Below, in pieces: positions 20,771 to 46,064 of a stretch of 64,000 bases of DNA; the first letter of the stretch is position 1; each line of letters begins with the position of its first letter. A program made the translations under genes and the position numbers. The notes under the pieces were generated by a model. It worked only from the letters and a program-made list of their open reading frames with translations. It was not told the origin of the DNA and searched no databases. Source of the DNA: the human T2T-CHM13v2.0 reference genome, Homo sapiens; assembly GCF_009914755.1 (NCBI RefSeq), contig NC_060938.1; one strand, given 5' to 3'.

Positions 20771-22650
20771 TTGGAAACCACCAGCTTTTTGTCAGTATAT
20801 ATTACTCATTTTATAGAGCCAGAGGCCAAGAAGAGTAAGACGGCCGCAAAGAAAAATGACAAAGAGGCAGCAGGAGAGGGCCCAGCCCTGTATGAGGACC
20901 CCCCAGATCAGAAAACCTCACCCAGTGGCAAACCTGCCACACTCAAGATCTGCTCTTGGAATGTGGATGGGCTTCGAGCCTGGATTAAGAAGAAAGGATT
21001 AGATGTGAGTGGAATTTGAGGGAAAGAGACATTTTTTAGTATTGAATGGTCTTAGGGTTTAGTCACCCCTTTTCTCCGTTTAGCCTTCAGGCTGTTTTAT
21101 TTTTCTCCTGCCCGTAGTTTTCTGTGGGGCTTCCCCAGTCTTGCCAGTTGTATTTCCTAAATGTCTGTTCCTTCACTTCCATTGCCATTTTCTTTTTTAG
21201 TGTTCTCTCCTCTTCCCAGAATGTTGCAAAAACCTCTTCACTATACTTCCTCCATTTTATCTTCCTGCATTGCATTCCATATGAAGCATGTCCTCCATTC
21301 CATTAACCATAGCTTAAAAATCTTAGCTTGCTATCCACTGCCTATAGAAAAAACACATCTCCTTGGCATAGCATGTAAGACTTTCTTACCTCTCTATATT
21401 TGTTTTCATTTATCTAGCTTAGAATTGTTTGAATATTGTGCTGCTTGACTCGAACTCCTTAGGCCAAGAGACTGTTTAACCCGTGCGTATCTATGACTTA
21501 GCATATAGATTATTCAATAAATGTTCTGCTGAATTGATAATACGTTTTCCACCTTTCTTTTCACTTACAGTGGGTAAAGGAAGAAGCCCCAGATATACTG
21601 TGCCTTCAAGAGACCAAATGTTCAGAGAACAAACTACCAGCTGAACTTCAGGAGCTGCCTGGACTCTCTCATCAATACTGGTCAGCTCCTTCGGACAAGG
21701 AAGGGTACAGTGGCGTGGGCCTGCTTTCCCGCCAGTGCCCACTCAAAGTTTCTTACGGCATAGGTGAGACCCTATTGATGCCTAATGCCTGAACTCTTCA
21801 AAACCAATTGCTAATTCTCTATCTCTGCCCCACCTCTTGATTGCTTTCCCTTTTCTTATAGTTTTTTATGCTAATTCTGTTTCATTTCTATAGGCGATGA
21901 GGAGCATGATCAGGAAGGCCGGGTGATTGTGGCTGAATTTGACTCGTTTGTGCTGGTAACAGCATATGTACCTAATGCAGGCCGAGGTCTGGTACGACTG
22001 GAGTACCGGCAGCGCTGGGATGAAGCCTTTCGCAAGTTCCTGAAGGGCCTGGCTTCCCGAAAGCCCCTTGTGCTGTGTGGAGACCTCAATGTGGCACATG
22101 AAGAAATTGACCTTCGCAACCCCAAGGGGAACAAAAAGAATGCTGGCTTCACGCCACAAGAGCGCCAAGGCTTCGGGGAATTACTGCAGGCTGTGCCACT
22201 GGCTGACAGCTTTAGGCACCTCTACCCCAACACACCCTATGCCTACACCTTTTGGACTTATATGATGAATGCTCGATCCAAGAATGTTGGTTGGCGCCTT
22301 GATTACTTTTTGTTGTCCCACTCTCTGTTACCTGCATTGTGTGACAGCAAGATCCGTTCCAAGGCCCTCGGCAGTGATCACTGTCCTATCACCCTATACC
22401 TAGCACTGTGACACCACCCCTAAATCACTTTGAGCCTGGGAAATAAGCCCCCTCAACTACCATTCCTTCTTTAAACACTCTTCAGAGAAATCTGCATTCT
22501 ATTTCTCATGTATAAAACTAGGAATCCTCCAACCAGGCTCCTGTGATAGAGTTCTTTTAAGCCCAAGATTTTTTATTTGAGGGTTTTTTGTTTTTTAAAA
22601 AAAAATTGAACAAAGACTACTAATGACTTTGTTTGAATTATCCACATGAA

Positions 22651-22656
22651 AATAAA
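22651..22656 (+). terminator. APEX1: APEX1 polyadenylation signal AATAAA
   Basis: AATAAA 240 nt after the stop, followed by a GT/T-rich downstream element. Confidence 0.8.
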
Positions 22657-22776
22657 GAGCCATAGTTTCAGCCTTGCTGTCTTCGTGTCTTACCCCTTCG
22701 TGGGGCTACACATTCTCTTCCTCATATTTTCATGCACACAAGTTAACAACTGAAAAAGCGTAGAGTCATGACCTTA

Positions 22777-22782
22777 TTTATT
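22777..22782 (-). terminator. PIP4P1: PIP4P1 polyadenylation signal AATAAA
   Basis: TTTATT on the plus strand ~680 nt past the PIP4P1 stop. Confidence 0.7.
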
Positions 22783-23461
22783 TACAAGCACAGGATAAGT
22801 CCCTAACCTCCCCCAAAGACTGAGCAACCCTACCCAGCCCAGTTAAATACTGCAACTGGGGGGGTAAAAAAGGTCGGGAGGAGGAATTAAGGGAAATACA
22901 GGAATAGGGGAACATATCCCACATTAAATAGTTATATACACATCAGTTCCTGTGGTTCTGTACAGAGCAGCGGCTGACCCCACCCCCACAGGACACAATG
23001 TGGGGAGAGGAGACTGAGGGTACTGAGGCCAGAGCCAACCTCTGGTGAAGTGCAATAGCAGCAGCAAAGTCCTAATGGTGCACAAGAGGGAGGGGAACCC
23101 CCAGGGCTACCCACCCCCACCCTGCCCTGGAATGTGTAAGGGACAGGAATGGCTCTCAGGGAGCACACAGGAAGGACAAGGCTGGAACCGTCTTCAGGGC
23201 CCAGTTTTAAGGGCAACGTTTTGCCTACTTCACCCTAGACACAGCAACCCTTGGAGGAAAGCAGATGGTCAGCAGTGCTCTTATCTGCCCCTCCAAACCT
23301 AAGTGAGGGCCTGGTTCCTTCCTACCTCTCCCCAGGGAAAAGGAAGGCAGCTGCTTGGCTTCCTTCTAGAAGCCCCGGGAGCCTTTAACTACCCCAGCTC
23401 CCTTCGTAGTGTCACTGTCCCCACCAGGGAGGGGCCAGGCACAGTCTGTGGGTCATCAGGC

Positions 23462-26228
23462 TCAGGAGAAGTTCTGGACAGGGTGGCTGACCTTCATACA
23501 GGCCCAATAAAGAGCCCGGCCCAAACACAGCACAGCCAACAGGATGACAAATGCCCAGGCTGCATAGATGCCTCCATATCGCCGTGCATGCTTCCATGTG
23601 CCAAACTGATGAAGATAAGGAGGGAGAAGAAAAGAAAGATGGGGTTAATGTTGGTCTCCACTACCTCCTATTAGTTCTAAGAACAGTAATAACTCACGCT
23701 TCAGTCCTTGTTCCTTATCCACATGTAGCCACCCTCAGGGACCTTCTTAAAGGCAGAGCTGATCAGCTTCCTTCCCTTAGGCGTAACATACTCATCCCAT
23801 CCCACACTGTATCTCAGTTTTTCTTAATATCTGACAACTGAGCCAGGTTTGAAAAATAGCAACTCTTAAATTAAGAATTTCACTGTCCTATCCTCATCCT
23901 ACAGAGAAAGGAAGGCTGTTTTTCACTCTTGTAGTAGTAATAAAGTCTGTTTGATCAGCCACTTTGCACTTTAGCTCATCCATATCTTAAAACAAAACAA
24001 ACTAGTCCCCCAAGTTTCTTCCACTTTTTTTTAGGGTAGCAGTTTCCCAAATCTTAGCCTATGGAGATGAGGCTGCAGAATGAAAGAGGTTGGGGCAAGG
24101 GTACTCACGGCAAGGCCAGTGGCAGTGACTGCCAAAAGCAAGCCAAGCAAGAAGCAGCAGATACATCTCTTACGTGGGTATCTGCGCCCAATAGATGACC
24201 TGTGGGGAGGCAAATAGAAATGGATGCTTTCTATGGCCTTGTAGTTTTTACTCCATACATCAATTACCAGCTCAATCCCTAATCACTTACACTTTCCTGC
24301 AGTGAGGACAACGTGCCAAAGTGCGGTCTGTGAACTCTGTCCACTATGGAGAAAGAAAACAAAAATAATAGCACAAGCAGGGTCTCCCTCAATGAGAACC
24401 TTGGGGTGGGGATGCAGAACATGTTCCCATAGGACAGACCTTTCAGGGGTCATTACCATTACTCTAAGAAATATACTCGAAATGACTCTTAGTCTCCTTT
24501 CCCCTCCCCTTCCCAATACCCCTTCCTCACCAGAAAAGTATTCTTGCAATGTCCACAGATAACCCTGACACCCATGGGTTGGGGTTCTGGACTCAGAGGT
24601 CCGGGATGCACAGGCCCCAGGTTGATGATTCTTTTGCTATACAAAAGAAAAAGACTTGTATTTTCAAACTTGTGTTTGAAAAATTTTTAATCCTAAAAAT
24701 CTTCACAGTCCCTGTTCCACATCCCCCACTCCCTGTCTATTAAGTCACTCGACTTCTCTGTACTTAAGATACTCTGTCCCCCAACTGTATACCCTCAAGA
24801 ATCCTTGAGAAAGAAAGAGCACTGTTTAAACTTCAGGTCCCCAATTCCCCTCCGACCTCAGGATAACACACCCAGTCCCCAAGGCTCTCTATTCTCCGAA
24901 ACGACATCATTTCATCTCAATATTTTTATTGAGAAACGAGAAAGACAGCTATAACATTCCTGAGGCACATGCTTCAAAGCCTTTTCTCCTAAATAAACAC
25001 TAGGCTCTCTCACCTTTACATTCTCTGTATACGCTCATCCTTTTTTGACTTTCCAGTTCCCCACTTAGGCCCTTCCCCACCTTATGCCTCTTACCAGTAG
25101 GGCCGAGGGCATGCAATCCGTTGGGATGTCACTTTGCAGATAAGGAGACAGTTACAGGGGCATCGAACATATTTTTTCCCTGGGGGTGCATTCTTGATTG
25201 GCTAGAGAATAATAGGGTCATCAGCAAGCAAACCTCTAATCCCAATCCCCTCCACTTCCCTCCAAAAACACTTTATGAGATCAGAAAAATAAGGTGCTAA
25301 CCAGGAAGGAGAAATAAAAGAAAGACTATATCATGAGATTTGCAAATAGGAACTAGGCTAGGTGTAAAAGTGAGAGAAAGTGAACATTAGCTTTGGTGAG
25401 TGGCTTCTGGGGAAATGGCTGTGTGAGACACCTGGAACTGAAACCTGGGTATCATCAAAAGCACTTGGCTAATAGCCGGAAGGTCAGGGTCTAGAACCAA
25501 GACATCAGAAAGAGGATCCAGGAAACAGGGCCCATTTCATAGATATGTGTAACTCACGGTGGCTTCATTGCAGACACCACATTTGACTACATGCTGATGC
25601 ATCTTGCCTTCCACGTTGATGAGAGATTGGCAGACTCGGCAGGTGATCATAGGGGCACTCCCACTGTCCGGGCTAGTTAAGGGTGAATAGGGGGGTGGGT
25701 CCTCCCCAGGCAACACGGCTGGATGCCCCTCGGGAAACGGGGGAAATGCTGGAGAGGAAGCAAATAGAAGGGCTGGGATCACTTACACCCCCACTGATGC
25801 TCCACGGTGGTAGGGAAGTCCTTCTGATCTTCAACCCTCTGACCAAGCTCGGAGGGCTTCTCATAATTGGCACTTCTATCAGGTTGCTCAGAACCCCCTT
25901 CCGTCCCTAGGCTGTGGTCGCGATTACGGAGGGAAGGAAGCCTCGCCCAGTCACAGGTGCAGCAGTCCCGCACCTGGCGACTGGGACCCGCCTCCGCCCT
26001 CGGTCCCGCCCCCTCCCCGGCTTTCAGAGTACCCCGGGGAGCACCTCGGACCCGCCCCGGCTTACCCTGGGGCGGGGCATGTTTACCGGCTCCGTACGGT
26101 GGTGCGGAGGGGGTCAGGCCTCCCCCGGGCCCAGCCCCACTCCCGCCGGGCCCCACTAAACCGTTGCCGCCCGCGCCACCGTCGATGGGCTCAGACAGCA
26201 GCGGGGAACGCTCTCCATCTGCCGCCAT
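23462..26228 (-). CDS. PIP4P1: Type 1 phosphatidylinositol 4,5-bisphosphate 4-phosphatase (TMEM55B), 7 coding exons, 277 aa (284 aa with the alternative donor)
   Basis: Exons 26228-26087 (alt to 26066), 25748-25558, 25201-25095, 24636-24531, 24343-24291, 24199-24109, 23605-23462 sum to 834 nt. [11 protein letters not shown] dileucine motif, PPPYSP, CxxC pairs, CKVTSQR CX5R-like motif, two C-terminal TM helices. Confidence 0.97.
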
Positions 26229-26900
26229 GGCCGCCACCGCCGCCTCCCGCTCAGGTCGGCGATCCGGCTCCCTTCGCCTCTGCCGTCGCCGCAGCCACCG
26301 CCACCGCCGCCACCGCCACCGCCGCTACCGGGTCCCCAGGGCGCCTGCGCGCCGCGCGCCCAGCTCACTCCGCAACCAGTGGCCTGCCCCGCCCCGTTCC
26401 GTCTAGCAGCACGTGATAGGCTATCCCCGCCCGGGTCATGCTATTATTCGCGTAGATAAACCAATTCCTGGTCCTGTGAAGGCAGCTCTCCTTTTCCATT
26501 GGGGAGCGACGCACAAACGTCAACTGTCACATGACCTGCCAGATGCTGCTGGGCTTGCAAAACCTGCACGTGACTAGAGGTTCTGCAAGCTATTGGGAGC
26601 GACGCCCATCGCGCTACCTCCAGACCAGGAGGTAGGGCTAGGCTGCGTCTGCTCAACTGGTCACGTGTTTCTGGAAGCTGCACGGTCCCTGTTGCTCTGC
26701 TCCTCATTGGTTCAAAGACACCACTAAAACACTTTTCTCCGGCTTTGCGTTGTAGCTGGTTTCCTATTGGCTGGTGACTTTCCTTCTTTCGTCCTGTGAT
26801 CCTAGCGGCGCAACTGCATTGGCCCGAACTTAGCGCCAGAACATGGGGGGCGTGGCTTATGCATTTTAAAGGAGGCTGGGCGGGTGCAATAAAGGAGTGC
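25900..26900. promoter_or_regulatory. PIP4P1 CpG-island promoter with clustered E-box/CLEAR-like and CCAAT motifs
   Basis: CACGTG at 26410, 26567, 26662; GTCACATGAC at 26526; ATTGG at ~26498, 26593, 26706, 26766, 26818; GC boxes. Confidence 0.8.
26221..26330. repeat. Imperfect (GCC/ACC)n trinucleotide tract in PIP4P1 5' UTR
   Basis: GCCGTCGCCGCAGCCACCGCCACCGCCGCCACCGCCACCGCCGC. Confidence 0.75.
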
Positions 26901-28578
26901 GGAAGCTTGGGATCTTCTGAGCGGGGAGAAAATGGACGGTGGGGAACAGTAGACAAAGTTAGCTGTTCTACTCAAAGAAGTACCTTTAAAAAGTCAGAGT
27001 AATGAGGTACCAGAAGGAAATGGATTAAAAAGTTAAGATTATCACTCCAGCCTTTGTCGCTAGAGTCACTTTCAGGACAGGACACAAGACTGGGTTTTCC
27101 TGGAAGCTGTCCTTACAGAGCCCCGTCTTTCCCCATTGCTGATCAAATTGTTAAATTATCTTTTCATTAGTGTCTCCACTACTAGAAGATTTCATCGTTT
27201 TACTAAAAAAAAAAAAAAAAAAATTCAATAGAGATGGGGTCTTGCCTATGCTGGACTCAAACTCCTGAGTTTGATCTCCTGCCTAAGCCTTCCCAGTAGC
27301 TGGGACTACAGGGACAAGCCACCGTGCCTTTACTCAGTTTTATGACCACCAACCTTTAACATACGCACAAGTTTGTAGATTGGATTAATCAAATACAAGG
27401 TTATTTTCGTCACCTTATTTGACAGATGGGACAGTCTTTAGGCCTGTCTCAACTTTGCTTCCAGCAAAGGGGCAGTGCCTCCTCCCCTACCTGAAGTCTC
27501 GTGTGGTCTTTATGGGCGCCTGAACCACACCTGGATTTTTTCCCAAGTCATAGCCCAAACTGGGACTGCTTTAAATATGGGAAGCAACAAGGAATTGATA
27601 AAAACAATAAACCCCGAGGAGGTCCATTATCAGTTTGGCTAGCAGACTCTCCACTAAGAAAGGAAGTGCATCAAAGAAAGTACAGCCAGCCCCAAATATG
27701 TAATAACAAAGGAACTGCAGATGTCCCAGCACTTGGCTGCTACAGGGGCTGGAGACTTCACCTAGGTCCTGATTTTTTTAGACAGGGTTTTCTCAGGCCA
27801 ACTTCTACTTGGAAGCTAGTAACCTTCGACCAGTTAGATAAGAGCCCCTAACAGACACTTAAAGAACTAAGGAAGCTCCAGATACAAAATAGGGAAGAGG
27901 TTGTAGCTCCATAGAGGGAGGCCAGTCTGCTGCTTTTTCTGCTGTTTGTGGCACACAGATGCTCAAGCATTGTCTGGGGTTGGAGTAGGATCCATTATTT
28001 GCGCCCTAGTTACACATATATTCCAAAAACTGTCCTAAAAATATTTTTTAAATATCTACACTTTGTGAAAGACACTCCTTAAAAAAGCTTACACTCTGGG
28101 TAGGGAGACAGAATAGTGTAAACATTGACAGTATAACATATCAGGTCAGGAGTGGTGGCTCATGCCTGTAATCCCGGTGTTTTGGGAGGCTGAGGTGGAG
28201 GATTGCTTGAGCCCAGGAGTTCAAGGTTACAATGAGCCATGATCTAAACCTGGGCAACAGAGCAAGATCGTGTCTCAAAAAAAAAAAAAAAAAAAAGAAA
28301 ATCAGCACTAGTATTTTATTACATGGAAAAATATCAATACTAGAAATTCATGATACAGCACATGCTTCATAATAAAAGAATTAAACAATGTAATTCAAGT
28401 TCAAGAAAAGAAGAGATCACTTCTAGCTAGAGCAGCCAGAGAAAACTTCTAAAACATAAAGAAAAATGAGTATTGTGCATGGATAACTAGGATCTGAGCT
28501 CTGTGTTGTTGAGTAGATCAATAGGCAGAAAAATGCAAAAAGTAATCATAATATTTGGAACTTGCTCACAGTTAATAA

Positions 28579-28797
<219 letters not shown>

Positions 28798-29469
28798 TGA
28801 TTCACCCGCCTCGGCCTCCCAAAGTGCTGGGATTACAGGCGTGAGCCACTGTGCCCGGCCAATAAAGCACATTCATAGTTATATTCATTTTATTTCAGAA
28901 CCCACTGTGATGTGGACAGGGAAGGCAAGACTATATCTTTATTTTACAGATGTGGAAACTGAGGCTGTGTAAACTGGAGTCATTTAAGCTAAGTGACAGA
29001 TTGAAATGGAGCTCTAAATCCCCGTCTTCTGACTTATGATCTAATATTTTACATTCAAATAATTTGATAGGTAGATTGAAAGGGACAGAAGCACAGAAGT
29101 GGCAGAGAGAAGGTGCTTGGGATGAGCCCCCTTTTATGCTAAATGCCTGGAACATAGAAGCTGCTTGATAGATGGCTCTCTAATTAATTAATGAAGTAAC
29201 TTAAGCCCCATCTTGGGATAAATTTGCTGGGTACTGAACAATATTGTTAGCTGCAGTTGCAAGCAGGGAGGATATTCAGCTGGGGCACTACAGGGTGGCT
29301 GGCATTGGTTGTTTATGGCGCCATTGGTTCTGATTGGTTGGTACCTGTATTTTACAGATAAGCCATTTTAATATTATCTCTGGTAAATATTGAGTGTCTC
29401 AGGTATTGCCTGATTTTTACCTATGGGGTGGGATCTTCTCACTTAGATTGAGAACAGTTAGGCTATTGA

Positions 29470-30150
29470 GGTGTATTAATTTGCTAGGACATAAAAAACA
29501 CTATAGATAGCATAAACGACAAACATTTATTTTCTCACAGCTCTGGAGTCTGGAAGCCCAAGATCAAGATATTGGCAGGTTTGCTTTCTCCTGAGGCTTC
29601 TCTCCTTAGCTTACAGATGGCCACCTTCTCACTGTGGCATAAATGGCCTTTTCTCTACACACATTTTTGCTTTCTCTTCCTCTTTCTCTTCTTTTTCCGT
29701 GCTTTTAGAGACAGGGTCTCACTCTGTCACCCAGGCAGGAGTGCAGTGGTGCAGTCATAGTCTGTGGCGGCCTTGAACTCCTGGGCACAAGCAGTCCTGC
29801 CACCTCAGTCTCCCAAGTAGCTGGGATGACAGGTGCATGCCACCATGCCTAGCTAATATTTTAATTTTTTGTAGAGACAGGGTCTCACTATGTTGCCCAG
29901 GCTGGTCATTGGTCTCTAACTCCTGGGCTCAAGTGATCCTCTTGCTTTGGTGTCCAAATGCTGGGATTACAGGTGAGCACCACCCTGCCTGGCCTCTCTT
30001 CTTCTTATGAGAACAACAGTCTTATTGGATTGTGGCCCCACCATTATGACCTCATTTAAACTTAATTACCTTTTTAAAGGACTTATCTCCAAATATAGTC
30101 ACAATGAGGATTAGAGCGTCAATATAAGAATTTGGGGGAACACACTTCAT
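29470..30150. mobile_element. MLT1 (MaLR) LTR interrupted by an antisense AluJ (~29705-29994)
   Basis: TGTATTAATTTGCTAGG...TTTATTTTCTCACAGCTCTGGAG...CAAGATCAAG...AATTTGGGGGAACAC motifs typical of MLT1. Confidence 0.7.
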
Positions 30151-30657
30151 TGTGTTATATAATAGAATAGATTTCAAAGCATTTTTTTCTTTAGATTTCC
30201 AACAAAGTGATAACTAGTACAGTGTGTACATGGCCAGAGGATGGGGTGGAAAACATCTGCTTGGCTTCTATGACCCAAAGTGTCCCAATCTGATTTCTTT
30301 TTTTTCACATATTCCACATGCCCTATTTCTTTTTTCCTCTTTCCTGAAGTGGTAATTTACCACCTGTGTGAAAACAACACAATCCCTTACTGCATTTCAA
30401 AGGCACAGAAAGTTTCTGGTAATGTGCAGAGTGAGTTAACTAAGACGAGGGGTAGTTTGCCGGGGGTTGGGTGGGATTGGGTAGGGTGTGACCTGGTTTT
30501 AAAGAATTAATTTACGTTAATTACATTGGGACTTTGCTCCCTTGTGCTCCTTGCTCTTCCTGGGCCTCAGTTCTTTGCTCTTTCCTTTAGGGAATTCCTG
30601 GCTTCCCTTTCTAGGAGCCAAGGTCTTTGGAATAGAGGGTGGTAGGCCAGTCCTTTA

Positions 30658-31449
<792 letters not shown>

Positions 31450-31879
31450 AGGGATAGATATTTTTAAAACCGCATATTTAGCTTGTGATCTAGAGAGAAT
31501 AAGAGATCTCAGTTGAGAGGGCAGGAATAAAATACGTTCCACAAGGCAATACTGAGTGACTTAGAACCTATTCCTGCCACTTTTTTTTAGTTTCCTTGAT
31601 CTTGCGGGTGGAGGGTAAGTGTGTTACTAAGTATGTTCCTGGACAAGGAGTCCCTCTGAAGATAGAAGTGATGAGAAGATAGAAGAAAAGGTAATAAGGC
31701 ATTAATGAACTCTAATCACACTAAGATTGATGATCGTCTGGTTCCTGTCTATAGGAATGCTACAGGAACTCTTTTACCCTAAAAGTAAATAATAAAGCAC
31801 AGTTCCAGTTTCTTTTATGTGGATACAAGGTGGCAGTGACTAGAAAAGATAAGAACAGTGCTGTGCTCTAGCATAAAAA

Positions 31880-33120
<1,241 letters not shown>

Positions 33121-34427
33121 TTTTTTTTCAATTTGTGTGCATTGTTATTTTCAAAGTGCTAGTAAGTTCTCAGGAACCAGCTACTCACTCTGTTGCCCAG
33201 GCTGGAGTGCAATGGTGTGATCTCAGGTCACTGCAACCTCCACCTCCCGGGTTCAAGCCATTCTCCCTGCCTCAGCCTCCCAAGTAGCTGGGATTACAGG
33301 CGCCTGCCACCACGCCCAGCTAATTTTTTGTATTTTTAGTACAGATGGGGTTTTGCCTTGTTGGCCAGGCTGGTCTCCGACACCTGACCTCAGGTGATCC
33401 ACCCACCTCGGCCTCCCAAAGTGCTGGGATTACCGGCGTGAGCCACCGCGCCTGGCCTTTATATATAAATTTTTTTTTAATTTTTTAAATTAAAAATTAA
33501 ATGTAAATTTAATGTAAAAATGTAAATTAAATGTAAAAATTAAATTGTAAATGTGGGCAGAAGTAATAGTTGTATTCTACCAAAGACACGCTATTTATGT
33601 TATATTCTGGTACCCGTGTATTCCGATAACAGAATTTTCTTCGTGGGAGGAGTCCTCTAGTTACCTGAATTGCTTGGATCAATATTGCGCAGATCAAGGG
33701 ATTATCTGTGTCCCTACCCACCAAATCCATCCTTATCCTTTCTGTCGGCATCTAGGACCCCGGAATTCTTGCCTGAGAACTTTTTCTTCTCCCGGTCTGG
33801 GCCTGGATGTGCTCTCCTAAACCCTGTATCCTCCAAGTTAGCACTGTTGCCGGGGGCGACCCAGCTTCCCTTGTCCAGGGAGCAACTCAGACACAGTCTC
33901 GCTTCATTTTTATTCTGGGGTTGTACAATCTAAGGTATGAAATTTTTCCTTTTTGAATCTCTCACGGTTTGCTATTGACACAGCTGGAATGAGGTTGCAA
34001 GGAGAGGGCTGGGGGCTCTCCTCCCTACTTCTAGCCCTATTTCCGCATAGGCCTTCTTGCTGGGAACTCCTGCCCTGCGGACTGGAATGGGTACCGAGAT
34101 GAAATGCTGGGTGCGCTCCGGCTCCCCCCGCCCGCCCCGGGGCAGAAGGTTTAGGGCTGGGAAGAACTCTGATTAGGTTTACAGCCCAGGTTCAGCCGAT
34201 TGAATTAGGGTGTGTCACCATGGAGACAGGGCCGGCCCGCGTGCTCGCTTGCCATTGGCTGGGGACTCCAGGGCAAGGGATATAAGCCAGAGCCTAGACC
34301 AGTGAGCCAACTGTGCGAACCAGACCCGGCAGCCTTGCTCAGTTCAGCATAGCGGAGCGGATCCGATCGGATCGGAGCGGATCGGAGCACACCGGAGCAG
34401 GCTCATCGAGAAGGCGTCTGCGAGACC

Positions 34428-41504
<7,077 letters not shown>

Positions 41505-41729
41505 CCTGCCTTGGAGTCGTCTGGCATCTCCCACACAAGACCCAAGTAGCTGCTACCTTCTTTGGCCCCTTGCTGGAGTCATGTGCCTCTGTCCTTAGGT
41601 TGTAGCAGAAAGGAAAAGATTCCTGTCCTTCACCTTTCCCACTTTCTTCTACCAGACCCTTCTGGTGCCAGATCCTCTTCTCAAAGCTGGGATTACAGGT
41701 GTGAGCATAGTGAGACCTTGGCGCTACAA

Positions 41730-41976
41730 AATAAAGCTGTTCTCATTCCTGTTCTTTCTTACACAAGAGCTGGAGCCCGTGCCCTACCACACATCTGTGG
41801 AGATGCCCAGGATTTGACTCGGGCCTTAGAACTTTGCATAGCAGCTGCTACTAGCTCTTTGAGATAATACATTCCGAGGGGCTCAGTTCTGCCTTATCTA
41901 AATCACCAGAGACCAAACAAGGACTAATCCAATACCTCTTGGATTTTATTTAATGTCATAATGTTGTCAGAATAAA
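41730..41976 (+). terminator. PNP: Two PNP polyadenylation signals (41730-41735, 41971-41976)
   Basis: Two AATAAA hexamers; the distal one is followed by a T/GT-rich element. Confidence 0.7.
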
Positions 41977-42930
41977 GAGAAAGATGAAATAATTTCATTT
42001 TTTTGTGTAACTTGGTATGGGGCTGGGGCACAGACCAAGATTGACATGAAAGGATGTGAGATCGCATGTCTTGTGTGACTATCTGCTTCTCAGACAAGCA
42101 GTTAGGAACTGAGATGAGATAGTATGTGAGGGCAGCAAAGGATGAAGAAGGGCAAAATGATGAAAGGTGAGGTGGAAAGAGGTTATGAGATGGTAAAGAA
42201 AAGTTAACTTCTGGCACTTGATTGCCACTTCCGTCAGGCTGGTCCTGCCTCTCTCCCTTGCCTTCTGATTGTTTCATTTCCTGTTTATTTGATCATATCT
42301 GAATTAGTTCACTGGTTAGCCTCTTCCTTAGTTCCCACTTCCTTACCAAAGCCCTAATTATATTTCCTCTTGTTTGCCTTTTCTCTCCTACTCTTCTCTA
42401 ACATCTGCAGCCACACTCTCCATTCACTCCATGCTGACAAGGCAGTGGCAAACACTTTTCTCTGCTGCCAGCCACTCCACTGTTGACTGGATTGCTGCCA
42501 GCCCCAGGCAAACCTGTGAAGTTGTTTCATACTCTGCTTCTCTTTGAGTGCCTCCTTCTCTCCTTCCTCTTCCTTTCTGGGCTCCAGTCTTTCTCTTCAC
42601 TTGTGCTTGTCAGAACCTCCCTGTGATACTGCCTCCAGGCATTTCCCCCATGTTGGCTCACCGCACTATTATCTTTGCTTATCAACTTGCATTCAGCTGG
42701 CTGGCATGTTTCAAAACCACACTGCCCTCCCAGGCCTGTGTGCCTTTTGAGAAAGACCAGTGCTGGATGAGCCTCTAGTAATGACAACATTTTAGTTGTT
42801 AGTGGTATAATACGGAAGAGATATTTTGCACAGGCTGCTTTGGAGAACTTTCAAATTATCCTTTGTTTGGTAACTGACCTACTTAACTGCCCAACACAAA
42901 GAAAAAGCATCTTGGAGTGGCTCTGTCTCC

Positions 42931-46064
<3,134 letters not shown>

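Noticed and set aside
25867-26956. Long ORFs (179 aa +, 170 aa -) over the PIP4P1 5' end
   Set aside because: Low-complexity translations of GC-rich promoter and antisense sequence.
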